From a virus: a stretch of DNA of 64,000 bases. The position numbers and the translations under genes are program-made. Location of the stretch: positions 1 through 64,000 of the IMG/VR virus record IMGVR_UViG_3300041964_000072; one strand, given 5' to 3'. Positions within the stretch are counted from its first letter, which is position 1, and every line of letters starts with the position of its first letter. The notes below the pieces were generated by a model. That model did not search any database and was not told the origin of the DNA. It saw only the letters and a program-made list of their open reading frames with translations. Shown piece after piece: positions 25,655-36,786 of the stretch.

Positions 25655-28366
25655 TTAAAAATTGCCTCGACTTGTTCCCGTAAATCTTACCAGTTCTCCT
25701 AAAATCTTACCTCGATAGTAAGTGAGTGGGATGGTAAGTTTTTGAGTATTTTTGTTCTCTGGTTCTTTGAGTACCTGGATCTCTTTGGATGTATCCTTCC
25801 CCATCGTGAGTTGAGTCAATCCTTTTGCTCGAAGCTCTCCCCCATAATCATGTCCCAAAATCGTAAATTGGGAAGTATTGCTTAGAATTCTGCCAGAGAA
25901 ATGCTCTACTGCAAAATCAAAATCAATTCGGGAACCCTCTTCTAAATAAGGGTTGAAAAATGTAGTTAAGGATATCGATCCCCTTTGCTGAACTGATTGC
26001 ATTTGGATTTGATTCTTTGCTGCTCGTAGCGCTTCATCATAAGTTTCTACGGCAAAATCCAGGCTTCCTTCAGGAGGTTCGTACCCTGTGTAAGGAGCAG
26101 TAAATAAGGTATATGTATTTGGATCTTTAAGGGGCTTTTTCTCTGTCTTAGTGGTACTTAATGTAATGGTGTAGCCGTTGGATGATTCTGGGGCATCCGC
26201 TTTCAAGACATATTTGGTAGGGCGTTTTAAGGCTTGAGGAGGTCTGCCAGAGTTCTCAGTAGTTTGAGTTTCTTCTCTGCTGTTTTGGAAACTAGCGTCT
26301 TGTGCAGACTGTGTTTTTGTGTAGGTTTTGTAGCGATCGCTGGCTACAAAATCTTCTCCAGCTACGGACTCCCCAAGTGAAGAAATGAAGTAATCTTCAA
26401 CTCCAGGAGGGACATTAAATAAAGTATTTTGGGACTGATAGATGGCGACTCGTGTGCGGATACGCCTTTCTTCACCAGTTGTTTTGGGAGGGAATAAAGG
26501 ATCTCCATTAGCAGTGTCTACGGTGCGGTTAAGGGGGTTCGGTATCCAAGCGAAACAATTAAAATAATCCTCCTCCTCTGCTACAAACCGAGGTTCCGTA
26601 AAGCGGGGATCTGCAATTGCAACCCTCATTAATTTTCCGCTGGGGGAACATTCTTCATAAAACAGTACTTGATCTTCGAGGGGGACTACATCTCGAAAAA
26701 CATCTCTGTATTGCACAAGCACAACTCGTTTTTGTCCTCGCACTGCGATATTTTTGAATTTAAAAGCGTTGAGTTCTGCTCCTGCATCAGGAGATGTTGC
26801 TGACTCTGCTTTTAAAAATACAGTTTCTAGCTGATCACTTTCTACGTCAAAGCGTCCTAACTTAGTACCTGAAGTATCTGTTCCTAGGAAATATCCTGTC
26901 AATTCATCGTAGATATGATCAATGCGAGTTCTCTCAATTTCTACCCAATGCCCTGCTCCTGATGCATTTATTGAGTCTCCTTTGAGGACATCTATTCCTA
27001 AATAAGCGTAGGAATATTGGATAGTTTCCTCCCTTACAATGGTGTCACCTTCATAATGAGTTATGGTTTTCACATGCCTTTGACCAGAACTATCGAAATT
27101 GAGGCTCATTGTTTGAATTCGTTTCAAGTCTGGGGGAGGGCTTGCAGGATTAGGATCACCTCCCACTACAGTACGTTTTGGAAAATCTAGGACTTTAAAC
27201 AAAGGTCGTTTGTTATATTTGTCTTCTTCTGACAGGTCGTTAAATTTTCCTCTCCATGTAAGTGTCGTTGGCGGGACAGTAAAGGGTTCGGTATTGGTCG
27301 ATAAATTAACGGTTTCGATTATCTCCTCAGCACCTAAAGGTACTGCTGCTGGAGGGGTATCCCAATGCCGTGTTCGGATTGCGGAAGCGTCTGAATATAA
27401 AGCATAAAGCCCATAGGCACTAAGGATTGGCTCAAACTGTTCTGCGAATGTGGTGGCTGCTCCGGCTGGGGTATCGTTTGAAAATTCAGCATAATGATCG
27501 TCTCCTAAATAAGTTATTCCTGCTCTTTGTGCAAGGGTGCTTAAGGCTACCTTAAACTTATTTTTTCCTGCTGGAATTTCTGGGGTGCTGCCTGTAGGTT
27601 TCCCCGCATAAGTACAGGCTGGGGATGTAAATCTATCTACAGCAGTAGAAAACGCATTACCTCGAATTGGGATCTTTTTGTTCAGTAACTTTACCCACCA
27701 ACCTTCAAAAGAGATTGATACTTGATAAAGCCCAAACGGGTGAGTAGTTCGGCTAAATATTGTTTCGCTATAGTTTTGTGCCCGAAAGGGAATGTTGTAC
27801 ATTATCCATTTGGTGTCATGATTCTGGAAAATAGTTCTAACTTCGTGGATTTTGCTGTAGTCCACGATTAAATTTAAAGACGTGGTGGGATGGCTGTTAA
27901 ACGCTCTCGTAATTGAAACCGTTCCTTCAATGGCATACTGCCTAATAAATCCTGGGATGTCGGTAACTATATCACTTCGAGATTGTAGCGCTGAGCCATA
28001 TATCTGTATTGGAAAGTTGGGGGGATAGTAACTTCCCTGATAAGGGAGAATTGTGATTGTATTGTCAATAGGATTATGATAAAAAGTACCTGGAGTCAGC
28101 AATGCTGAAGTTGGGACAGACGTGTACTTCTGTCCACCAATTACGGCACTGACCACTACACTGGTGCTAGTAGGGGCAGGAACCGTTATGGGGGTACCTT
28201 CTTGAATTGGTGTAGTCGGGGTGACTTGAGTAGCCGTGCTGGGCTTGCTGATGGGCTTGTAGGTGATTTCTGCAAGCCGAAGTGACTGCCTTGATGCGAC
28301 CTGTATGATCGGTAAAGCTGTGGGGTTTGTTAGGAATTTATTACCAGTACCAGTGATCGTGAACAT
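25655..28366 (-). CDS. Tail tip/hub-like structural protein
   Basis: 903 aa two genes after the TMP; C-terminal SISLTTFFNPYLEEGSRIDF...GRILSNT hub-like pattern. Confidence 0.6.
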   Translation of the reverse strand: MFTITGTGNKFLTNPTALPIIQVASRQSLRLAEITYKPISKPSTATQVTPTTPIQEGTPITVPAPTSTSVVVSAVIGGQKYTSVPTSALLTPGTFYHNPIDNTITILPYQGSYYPPNFPIQIYGSALQSRSDIVTDIPGFIRQYAIEGTVSITRAFNSHPTTSLNLIVDYSKIHEVRTIFQNHDTKWIMYNIPFRAQNYSETIFSRTTHPFGLYQVSISFEGWWVKLLNKKIPIRGNAFSTAVDRFTSPACTYAGKPTGSTPEIPAGKNKFKVALSTLAQRAGITYLGDDHYAEFSNDTPAGAATTFAEQFEPILSAYGLYALYSDASAIRTRHWDTPPAAVPLGAEEIIETVNLSTNTEPFTVPPTTLTWRGKFNDLSEEDKYNKRPLFKVLDFPKRTVVGGDPNPASPPPDLKRIQTMSLNFDSSGQRHVKTITHYEGDTIVREETIQYSYAYLGIDVLKGDSINASGAGHWVEIERTRIDHIYDELTGYFLGTDTSGTKLGRFDVESDQLETVFLKAESATSPDAGAELNAFKFKNIAVRGQKRVVLVQYRDVFRDVVPLEDQVLFYEECSPSGKLMRVAIADPRFTEPRFVAEEEDYFNCFAWIPNPLNRTVDTANGDPLFPPKTTGEERRIRTRVAIYQSQNTLFNVPPGVEDYFISSLGESVAGEDFVASDRYKTYTKTQSAQDASFQNSREETQTTENSGRPPQALKRPTKYVLKADAPESSNGYTITLSTTKTEKKPLKDPNTYTLFTAPYTGYEPPEGSLDFAVETYDEALRAAKNQIQMQSVQQRGSISLTTFFNPYLEEGSRIDFDFAVEHFSGRILSNTSQFTILGHDYGGELRAKGLTQLTMGKDTSKEIQVLKEPENKNTQKLTIPLTYYRGKILGELVRFTGTSRGNF

Positions 28367-28367
28367 T

Positions 28368-28850
28368 TTAAATAAATCGCAAATCTCGTTCAGAGAAGGT
28401 AACGGAAAAACCTCCAGGTGTGAGAGTTACGCCTGTGGTGGGAAGGGTTATATTTCCTGCAAAAGTAATTGCTATCAGTGATCCTCTACGCTCAGTAAAA
28501 AGTTCGTGTTCTGGTTCAGGAGATACAAAGTCTCGAATGATTACATCCTGCTGACGGGACAGGGCAAACCCAGAGATTAGATGTACCGCTCGTTTTACAG
28601 CAGTTTCCGAATAATCCAGGTTAGCGGTGAAGCCTTTCCGCACTAAACTAATGGATTGAAAACTACCGTTACCCGTAGGTCTGTACTCAGCAGGAGAGCC
28701 GCTGGTTGTTGGCTGATATTTGGACTCCTCAACAAATAGGTTCAAAAACCCACCAACGATTAAATCTGGACGAATCTTCAAAAATGAAATATCTCTGTTG
28801 ATCTGGAGTTGAAGTAGTTTAAGGTACGGGGTTCCTAGGCAATCTGTCAT
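28368..28850 (-). CDS. Distal tail-like protein
   Basis: Position immediately after the TMP; 160 aa, beta-rich. Confidence 0.45.
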   Translation of the reverse strand: MTDCLGTPYLKLLQLQINRDISFLKIRPDLIVGGFLNLFVEESKYQPTTSGSPAEYRPTGNGSFQSISLVRKGFTANLDYSETAVKRAVHLISGFALSRQQDVIIRDFVSPEPEHELFTERRGSLIAITFAGNITLPTTGVTLTPGGFSVTFSERDLRFI

Positions 28851-31800
28851 AGTTTGACCCTCCTCTCAATCTCGATCGCTAAATTGTTCGCCCAAGTATT
28901 CATTTGTCGTCCTAAATCAAGGGCTACCTCTTCTTGTCCCTTGTCTTGGATTTCAATATTGATTGGAGAATCAATCCGAATCGTCACCGCTTGCGGTTTC
29001 TCCCTGGCAGCGGGAGCGATCGCCCCAATCTGGGTAGGGGTTGGTGTAAGCTGTCGAATCGCTGTCAAATCTTGAGGAGTTAAAGACATTATGGGAGCAG
29101 CGGCTACGGGAGGAGTGGCTTTTGTTGTAGGTGCGATTGCACCCTGGAGTGACTGGGCTAATGCCTGGTAGTCAATCGGTTGGATTTTTGCGATCGCATT
29201 TTCCAAATCCCTCTTTTTAGGAATTTCGGACATTTGGAAATTATTGAACTCTTGAAGTGTCTGCTGCTGGTCTGCTAGTGCTTGGTTGCGTACACGAGAA
29301 TCATCCCTTGCCCCACGAGTGCTTTTAGCGATCTCAGCCTGGGCTTGCAGTCGTTCAGTCCGCTGGGTTCGCGCAAAGTTCAGTACATCAATTTTTTGAT
29401 TGCGCTCATTGTCAACTACTTTTTGGCGTGTCAGTTCCCCAACTTCTCTGGTCAACGCAAGTTCATCCCGACTACTCTGGACTGCCAGCAATGCGCTTTT
29501 CTTCTCTTCCTCCGATGCTTCCCGACTTGCAAGAATCCGTCTTGCTTCTGTTTCGGTACGGATAAGCTCTACCTCTTTCCGCTTTTCTGCAATGCGAGAT
29601 TCAATCAACTCTCTCTGGAGAGCCATTTTTACCTGCCTTTGTTGCATCTCCAAAATATCTCTGTCGATAGCTTGCTGCTTCGTAAGGATTTCCATCCGAA
29701 GCTGATTTTCTTTTCGTTGTGCCCTAACTTGCCCGTTCTGGGAGGTTGTCAAATCCCGAACAATACCCATTTGGGTAGTTAAGGTATTCGTGATGTTACT
29801 GAATACCTCTTTCTGCTTATCTATGATGGAAAGCTGTTTTTCGTAGCTTTTGGATACTCGCTCTATTTGACTAATTTGTGTAGAAGAGGCTGTTTCTAAT
29901 TCCTTTACTCGGAGATCAGCTTGAGCGACCTGCTTTTCATACTGAGCGGTGATTAACTGCTCTTTTGCCAGCTCCAGGTCTAAGATGCCGTTGGCTTTCG
30001 ATAACTCACGTCTCTTTTCAACAAGTGCAGATTGTGCCTTGAATACTTTTTCTTCTTGATCAATGCGCTTATCGAGAAGGGTATTTTGGTTATTGAGTTG
30101 ATCACGCTGCAAGTCAAGGTTCTCAAGTTGCAGTTCTAAGGTGCGTAGTGATTCCTGTGATTCATTATTCAATCGAGCAATACTAAGCTGAGTGCGTAAA
30201 GTAGCCTCTTGCTCGTCAAGCTTCAGCCTATTGATTCGGATTTGAATCTTTTCTCGCTCTAGGTTTGCTTTGTTTGTTTCAAGCTGTAGTTTCTGGCTAT
30301 CCATTTCCAGATCAAACTCCTCGGTCTGGAGTTTTACTTGACGCTCAGTAATTTGATAATTAATGCGTGCCTTTTCAATAATGTCGCCAGTACGTTTGAG
30401 TTGATTTTCTAAAACATTGCGCTCATAGTCCGCCTGGGCTTTTGTTAAATCCAGGTTGCTTTTACGGATATCCAGCTCTGCTTGTAAGGAATCTTGATTA
30501 AGTTGCTGATTGGAAAGCTGTCGTTCCAAATCTTGTACGGCTTCTGCTGTATTATTTTTTGCTTTTTCTAGAGAATCGTTTAACTGCCGAACTGCTTCCC
30601 CTGTGACATTTTTTTGAAACTCTAGTTGAATTTGGGATAATTCATTAAGCTTTTGAATATATTCCAGACTATTCTTGTCAAGCCCCTTCAACTCTTCTTG
30701 GGTAATTTTTTGGCGTAGCAACACCATTTTCTGAGTAGTTTGGTATGACTGCTGTTCGTAAGCCTCACGAGAAATCCCATTTCTTGCAAATAATAGTTCT
30801 TGATCTGTTTGGTTTTTTGTAATAAGAGCCGTCTCTTGCTCCCCTTCACGCTGCCTGAGTTCCTGTCTATCCTTAATTGCTTTTTCTGCAATTTGGAATT
30901 CTACATCAGCAAGTTGTTTTGCTACTTCTTCCCGGTTCTTGGAACCTTCCTTATATAGTTTTAGCTGTTCTTGTAGGCTATTGCGCTGCAATTCTAATCG
31001 CTTCGATTCTAGCGACTGGGCTTGCTTGAATTCAGGAAGGGCAGTGCCGTCTAATTGTGAGCGTCGGTTAGCCTGTTCTAGCTTGGCTAATCCCTCCTCC
31101 TGTTGGACAAATCTTGCTTCAATAAGAGATTTCTCTTCATTGAGCATTTGCTCTTTATGATCTCGGAGTAGCTTTTGATAAGTTTGGTAAGCTTCTTTGT
31201 AGCTGGCACTGTTTTTACCGTTTTGGGTTTCTATTAGTGCCAGATATTCTTCTTGGGCTTTTATCTCAGCCTTTCGACGTTCAGTATTATTTTTCTTCTG
31301 TTGCTCTAGGACATCTTTTGCTGATGCCTGACCTGTACGCAACTGGCTATCAAGAATTTCATTGAGGCGATCGTAAGGCTTGACTGTATTTGCTAAATCC
31401 TCTTGTACAAGTTCTTTTTTGATTTCCAGTACTTCTTGTAGCTGCTCAGGTGCTAGTAATTTGAGCAATGATTCTTTGACAGCTTTCCCGGATTCATCCT
31501 TGAATTCAAAGTCACTGGTATCCAAGAACTTTAGGATTTCCTTGGATAATGTGGAGTCTCCAAACATTTCCGATATTTCACCACCTTTCTGGATTAAAGA
31601 ATCAATGGCGTTGCGAATTGCATCCGGGTCTACGTTTTCACTATTAAGGGTCTGAATCAACTCATTAACAGTTCCGATAGTGGAGTTGATTGACCGTGTT
31701 TGTAATTCGTTTAGGTTTCCGCCAGCATCTCGATATTTATCACCCATGCTGGTGACACTTTCCATCAAAGTTTTGGCGGACTCAGCAGTACTCTTCTGGG

Positions 31801-34800
31801 TGTTGGCGAGGGACGCTTGTACTTTGTCGGCTCCTTTGGCTGCTGTATCTGCTTGAGCAAGAACACTTTCAATAGTTCCTTTCACTTCGGCACTACCGAT
31901 CGCATCCCTCAAAGATTCACGAATATCTTTGCTTGCGCCTTGGATTTGCGTGCGGAAGGAGTAGAGTTTTTGGATGCGTGCATTTGTTTCCTCGTTATTT
32001 TTTTCTATCGCTGCATTTTCCTTCTCCTTAATATCTACTTGTAATTGGGTAGCATCTGCTAATTCTAATTTTCCTGCTTCTCGGTATGCTTTGACTTGAT
32101 TTTTGAGTTCCTTGATAACTATTTTGTTATCTTCTATAAAAGACTGTGCGGCTAGTTTATTGGCATTAATTCTGGTTTCAACTTGTTTTTGAGTCAAACT
32201 GGTTTGTTGACCAGAGATTTCGGTAACTTCCTTATCAAGTACCTTTAATTCCTGTACTTTTTTGCGCTGCTCGTCTAGACTCCCTTCAATTCTTTTCCGC
32301 TCCAATTCATCTGTGCGATTATTTCCAAGTTTTTTCATTCGTTTCAAAGCCTCATCTTCCATGTCTTTTAGTTTTTGCAATTGCCTTTGGTAAGCGTCAT
32401 CAACAATACTGCCTCCCTCTTTGATCTGCTTATTCAGAGATAAAGTTTCTTGGGATATTTTATTTAAGGCTGTGAGTTGACTTTCATATTGATCCAATAA
32501 GGAAGAGTCTATTGAAGACTGAACACTTTCTTTTAGGTTGGTAAAATAATCATTAATCAGATTAGTAGAAGCCTCTTTCCAGTCCTCAGTGTCTTTTATA
32601 CTTTTATCGAGACTTTCCTTCATTTTTGCAGCATTTTCCCTACCCGCTGCGCCTCCTACATTAAAGAATTCAGCAAGGTTCGCCCCTAAATCCTGACCAA
32701 ACCCGAACATCCGCTTAAGGAAGCCCTCAATGTTAGGTATGAAGTCCCCAAAGAAATTTGCCAGGGCATTTAAAGGACGTAGTACCCAATTGTTGATAAA
32801 ACCATCAAATTTCTTGGTGCTTTTCTCGGTATCGTCTAGAGATTTACCAAAACTATCTATCGCTGCCTTAGCAGCGTAGGAAGAGTCATTCAAGTCAATA
32901 AAACTTTGAGCCAACTTCCTGGACTTGTCTGTAGCCCCTCCTAATCCCGGTATTAAGTCTCGTAGAGCTAAACCGATACCTACAAGTATTGCTACTAATC
33001 CCCCTACGATAGAGATAGGGGACATCAGTATAGAAAAAAATCCGGCTGCAACTTTGCCAACAGCTAGAAAGATTCCTCCCAATCCCTTCGCTCCCATTCC
33101 TAGCGCCTTAAAGACACCTTTGAAGAACTCTCCTTTTTTGGCAGATTCAAGGAAGTTCCTGCCCATCTCTCTACTAGCTTTAGATAAGTCCTTCCAGTTG
33201 TCAGCGGTAATTAAGGACATGAATGCACTGCGCTTGTTGGTATTGGTCAGGGCATCAGTACTGTCTGCGGCAAAAAGCAATCCTCCAGAATATTTGTTTA
33301 GAACATCCTTAGTTCCACCCAATACGTCTTTAAAGGTTTGGGTAAAATCTCCTAATTTGGAAGTGGCTTGAGTATAATCGGTGCTAAGTCCAAACATTCC
33401 TCTCAGCGCTCCATTGACACCAAAAAGAATGCGCTGTATTGTACTTAGGTTTTTAACCTGCTCAGCACCAAAAGCTAGTCGAAATCCGTTAATAATGTCC
33501 GTAAAACGGAAGGCTACTAATACACCTACAAGCAGTCCTGCAAGTTTAAGAATTTCTCCTACAACGCCTTTGGTGGTTTCTAGTCCATAGTTGAAAACAA
33601 TAAACCCACCAATTACTTTCTGTACCCATTCAGGCATATTCTGGAAGTAGTCCAGTAGCTTCTCTACTGCATCCAATCCCTTGTCAAATAAGCCGGAATT
33701 CATAATCTTTTCCCCAGCAGAAGCGAATACTTCAGCAAAACCATTTGAAATTGCCTGGGAACGCTGTTTGATACTTTGTTGAGATCGGTCAAACATTTCT
33801 TCAATCCTGCCAGAGGCATTGTCTGCAAGCCCAGTAAATACGGCATCTGCATCTTCAACAGAAGTGTTCATCAGTGACAATGCACCTCTAAAAGCAATAC
33901 TTTCTGGAATGATTTCTCGTAGTGCTTCAGTATTGCCTTGAGTCGCATTTTTTAATTTCTGCATGGTTTTGTAAAGACCATCAGTTTTCAAAGTTTGTTC
34001 GTTAATAACTACACCAAACTCAGCAAGTTTTGCTTTGGATTGAGGTGCCATCGAAGAGAAACTTTCAATTAGTCGTTGCATTGCAATATAGGCATCAGCA
34101 CCTAAAGTTTTTGTACTGATGGCAACGGCACCTAAAAGGTCTTTTAAACTAATACTTGTACTTGCTGCAACAGCCGCAACAGAACCAATATTTGCTGACA
34201 GTTCACTAGCGTTTGTGATCCCCTGCTGCACTACGCCATCCAATAAAGCCATAGTTTCTTTGGCTTCTGATGCTTTCAGGTTGTAGGCTTGTGATGTAAA
34301 AATCAGTGCTTGTTGAATAGATTCAAGATTACCTCCTGTTGAAATCGCATATTTAGCAGCGACTTCCGAGACTTCCAATGCATCTTGAATCTGTCCTTTT
34401 GCCGCACCAATACCAGCAGAGAGGTTATTGTAGACACTAATACCAAGTTCGGCTGAACTGATAGCATTTCCTAGTCCATCCGTTGCTAGTGTTTGAAGGG
34501 ATTTGGTCAAATCTGTTGTCGCATAAGCAGCACCAACACTTAGCGTTTGCAGGTATTTTACAGAATCTTCTAACCGACCAAATTCACTAACTGCGGTAGA
34601 AACAAATTGCTTTGTTGCATCAATATTGAAAAGAAGGTTTTCCCCAAAAGACCCCATCGAAACTGCCATTTGAGCTAGAGTAGTATCTACCCCAACCATG
34701 CTCATTGTTTCGAGTCCTCGATAGAATTCCTTTGCCTGTCTATCGAGTTCTATAAAGCCACTAATAAGGGGATTGATTGCACCAATAAGTGTTGTTATTC

Positions 34801-35641
34801 CATACAAAGGTGCTTTCCAAACACCTGCTGCGAGTGTTTGAGTAAGACCTTTTGTAGTGCGAGTAAGGACAAGTGCGGTGAGGTTGAGCTTGGTTACGTT
34901 ATCAAGGATTCCGCCAGCAACTCCGGCAAAAGGAGCGGCACTAGCAGCGGTTTCTGACAATGCTCCAGAGATGTTTGAAATTGCCTCTCCAGTGCCCTCA
35001 ACGACATCCTTGATGTCCTCGATTTTATCTACAATTCCTACCAAAGCAGCCCCTTTATCAAGGCTTTTGGTAATACCATCAATAACTTTTGCTACCTGTT
35101 CTCCCTGTGTACCAAGTTTAGATACTTGAACAGAAATATCTTTTAAAAAATTAGACGTGAAACGCAAACCTTTCTCAAGTTTGCCTCCAGTATTAAATAT
35201 TTGAATCCCCTCTGTGAATTTGTCAAAGGCTTTTTCCTTTGACAAAATACGCTCAGTTGTTGATGTGAATTGATCCAAAACATCAACAACAGGTAATGCT
35301 GCTTTATTGACTCCCGTTAAGCGTCCAGCAAGCCTCTCATTTGTAACGGCAAGTTCATCTGAAAGAGCGACTTGAGTACTGTAGCGAGACTCAAGCCCAT
35401 CTAGGCTGCGGATTGTATTGAGAGCAGATCCTTCGAGTCCAACAATACTGCTATTAAGGTTTCCAATACTATTGGCAGATGTTGATATTGTCTGACTAAA
35501 TGTTTCTGTACTGGCTCCTAATTTACCGACAGAACTATTAACCAAGTCAAAACTGGTAGCCGCACGTTTTGCCCCTTCTTCTACGCCACGGCTATCCAAG
35601 GTTAGATTAAATTGTGCTTCTCTGGTCTGATTTCCGAGCAT
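28847..35641 (-). CDS. Tape measure protein (2264 aa)
   Basis: N-terminal FNLTLDSRGVEEG, TP901-like core (SIAFRGALSLM), hydrophobic middle, long coiled coils. Confidence 0.92.
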   Translation of the reverse strand: MLGNQTREAQFNLTLDSRGVEEGAKRAATSFDLVNSSVGKLGASTETFSQTISTSANSIGNLNSSIVGLEGSALNTIRSLDGLESRYSTQVALSDELAVTNERLAGRLTGVNKAALPVVDVLDQFTSTTERILSKEKAFDKFTEGIQIFNTGGKLEKGLRFTSNFLKDISVQVSKLGTQGEQVAKVIDGITKSLDKGAALVGIVDKIEDIKDVVEGTGEAISNISGALSETAASAAPFAGVAGGILDNVTKLNLTALVLTRTTKGLTQTLAAGVWKAPLYGITTLIGAINPLISGFIELDRQAKEFYRGLETMSMVGVDTTLAQMAVSMGSFGENLLFNIDATKQFVSTAVSEFGRLEDSVKYLQTLSVGAAYATTDLTKSLQTLATDGLGNAISSAELGISVYNNLSAGIGAAKGQIQDALEVSEVAAKYAISTGGNLESIQQALIFTSQAYNLKASEAKETMALLDGVVQQGITNASELSANIGSVAAVAASTSISLKDLLGAVAISTKTLGADAYIAMQRLIESFSSMAPQSKAKLAEFGVVINEQTLKTDGLYKTMQKLKNATQGNTEALREIIPESIAFRGALSLMNTSVEDADAVFTGLADNASGRIEEMFDRSQQSIKQRSQAISNGFAEVFASAGEKIMNSGLFDKGLDAVEKLLDYFQNMPEWVQKVIGGFIVFNYGLETTKGVVGEILKLAGLLVGVLVAFRFTDIINGFRLAFGAEQVKNLSTIQRILFGVNGALRGMFGLSTDYTQATSKLGDFTQTFKDVLGGTKDVLNKYSGGLLFAADSTDALTNTNKRSAFMSLITADNWKDLSKASREMGRNFLESAKKGEFFKGVFKALGMGAKGLGGIFLAVGKVAAGFFSILMSPISIVGGLVAILVGIGLALRDLIPGLGGATDKSRKLAQSFIDLNDSSYAAKAAIDSFGKSLDDTEKSTKKFDGFINNWVLRPLNALANFFGDFIPNIEGFLKRMFGFGQDLGANLAEFFNVGGAAGRENAAKMKESLDKSIKDTEDWKEASTNLINDYFTNLKESVQSSIDSSLLDQYESQLTALNKISQETLSLNKQIKEGGSIVDDAYQRQLQKLKDMEDEALKRMKKLGNNRTDELERKRIEGSLDEQRKKVQELKVLDKEVTEISGQQTSLTQKQVETRINANKLAAQSFIEDNKIVIKELKNQVKAYREAGKLELADATQLQVDIKEKENAAIEKNNEETNARIQKLYSFRTQIQGASKDIRESLRDAIGSAEVKGTIESVLAQADTAAKGADKVQASLANTQKSTAESAKTLMESVTSMGDKYRDAGGNLNELQTRSINSTIGTVNELIQTLNSENVDPDAIRNAIDSLIQKGGEISEMFGDSTLSKEILKFLDTSDFEFKDESGKAVKESLLKLLAPEQLQEVLEIKKELVQEDLANTVKPYDRLNEILDSQLRTGQASAKDVLEQQKKNNTERRKAEIKAQEEYLALIETQNGKNSASYKEAYQTYQKLLRDHKEQMLNEEKSLIEARFVQQEEGLAKLEQANRRSQLDGTALPEFKQAQSLESKRLELQRNSLQEQLKLYKEGSKNREEVAKQLADVEFQIAEKAIKDRQELRQREGEQETALITKNQTDQELLFARNGISREAYEQQSYQTTQKMVLLRQKITQEELKGLDKNSLEYIQKLNELSQIQLEFQKNVTGEAVRQLNDSLEKAKNNTAEAVQDLERQLSNQQLNQDSLQAELDIRKSNLDLTKAQADYERNVLENQLKRTGDIIEKARINYQITERQVKLQTEEFDLEMDSQKLQLETNKANLEREKIQIRINRLKLDEQEATLRTQLSIARLNNESQESLRTLELQLENLDLQRDQLNNQNTLLDKRIDQEEKVFKAQSALVEKRRELSKANGILDLELAKEQLITAQYEKQVAQADLRVKELETASSTQISQIERVSKSYEKQLSIIDKQKEVFSNITNTLTTQMGIVRDLTTSQNGQVRAQRKENQLRMEILTKQQAIDRDILEMQQRQVKMALQRELIESRIAEKRKEVELIRTETEARRILASREASEEEKKSALLAVQSSRDELALTREVGELTRQKVVDNERNQKIDVLNFARTQRTERLQAQAEIAKSTRGARDDSRVRNQALADQQQTLQEFNNFQMSEIPKKRDLENAIAKIQPIDYQALAQSLQGAIAPTTKATPPVAAAPIMSLTPQDLTAIRQLTPTPTQIGAIAPAAREKPQAVTIRIDSPINIEIQDKGQEEVALDLGRQMNTWANNLAIEIERRVKL

Positions 35642-35702
35642 AGAATTGGGGCATAAAATGTCCCCGTTCTAAGCTGGGAATATATATTCAAAATAGATAT
35701 AT

Positions 35703-36152
35703 TCAGTTTTCTGGTGTCTTATTCAAATCACTTTGAACAATTTGGATTAATTCCAGGAATACATCATCCTTCAACTCACAGATATTCATTAAAGGGAAGC
35801 ATTCGGAAAGACATTTCTGGATAGCAACAATAGCGCTTGGTTTGGTCATGGCAAGTCCTAGAATTGCCATTTGCTGCATTTCGCTGGTGTTTTTTGAAAG
35901 TTCTGTGACGGCTTTCAGGCAACGATCTAGGATTTGGTCATCCTTAAGGTTTTCCTGTTCAGTCTTAGTAAGTACATGGTCTTTGAACCCATTCAAATAA
36001 AATTCCTTGATGTACCCAATTTGCTGAAGTCCTGGTCGAATATAAGCGACCAATAAGCCATTGGCGGACTTTACTGAGACTTGCTCACATTTTCTGTAAA
36101 GATTTTCGTTGCCAGAATTGTAATTTATTTCGTTTGGAGTCTCTGTGTACAT
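35703..36152 (-). CDS. Hypothetical protein directly upstream of the TMP (possible second tail chaperone)
   Basis: Helical 149 aa; positional inference only. Confidence 0.4.
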   Translation of the reverse strand: MYTETPNEINYNSGNENLYRKCEQVSVKSANGLLVAYIRPGLQQIGYIKEFYLNGFKDHVLTKTEQENLKDDQILDRCLKAVTELSKNTSEMQQMAILGLAMTKPSAIVAIQKCLSECFPLMNICELKDDVFLELIQIVQSDLNKTPEN

Positions 36153-36190
36153 AAACTGGAAATGGATAAAAGATTTGTTATATGCAGAAA

Positions 36191-36589
36191 TTATTTTCTT
36201 CTTATTAGTCTAACAAGTCCTTTATTCAATGCGTATTTAACTGCCCCTAATTTTTGGGACACAGGTTTAACAACAGTATCTCGTACTGCCCTTCTTCCTG
36301 CACCAGCTTTACGTCCTAAAGGAGTGTTCCCTATTTTATTTTTTACACCAATTCCTGTTAATATAGCTGTTTGTCCTGCCCTAGTATTAGCTGCTCTATT
36401 TACCCAATAGGCTGCACCAGTACCTATTAATCCTGCTTGCAATCCTTTCTGGACATCTAATGAATAGGTTGTTTTGCCAATCTTGGCTCTAGGATTGTTT
36501 CCGTGTCCATAGTAATAAGTTTTCCCGTTGATTGTTGCACTATTGCGCCTAGAGAAAGCAGCTAAAGATTCTTGATAAGAGTATTTCAT
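36191..36589 (-). CDS. Basic Gly-rich [AS]xF-family protein
   Basis: SLAAF|SRRN; GLQAGLIGTGAAYWV; K/R-rich. Confidence 0.7.
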   Translation of the reverse strand: MKYSYQESLAAFSRRNSATINGKTYYYGHGNNPRAKIGKTTYSLDVQKGLQAGLIGTGAAYWVNRAANTRAGQTAILTGIGVKNKIGNTPLGRKAGAGRRAVRDTVVKPVSQKLGAVKYALNKGLVRLIRRK

Positions 36590-36603
36590 AAATAATGATT
36601 AGG

Positions 36604-36780
36604 CTATCGGCTAGCCCAATCTATAATACGGTTGCCAAGTCCTATTCCAGCAAGATTTACGTTCCTACGTCTTGACTTTTTAGCACCAATGATCATTGGA
36701 GATTTCTTGAATTTCATAGGAGTGCTATTGAACCTCAAAGAACTGCTGCGACCTTTGGCAAAAGTGGAGTAATAATTCAT
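36604..36780 (-). CDS. 58-aa basic [AS]xF-family protein (not in ORF track)
   Basis: MNYYSTF|AKGRSSSLRFNSTPMKFKKSPMIIGAKKSRRRNVNLAGIGLGNRIIDWASR. Confidence 0.6.
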   Translation of the reverse strand: MNYYSTFAKGRSSSLRFNSTPMKFKKSPMIIGAKKSRRRNVNLAGIGLGNRIIDWASR

Positions 36781-36786
36781 AGGTAA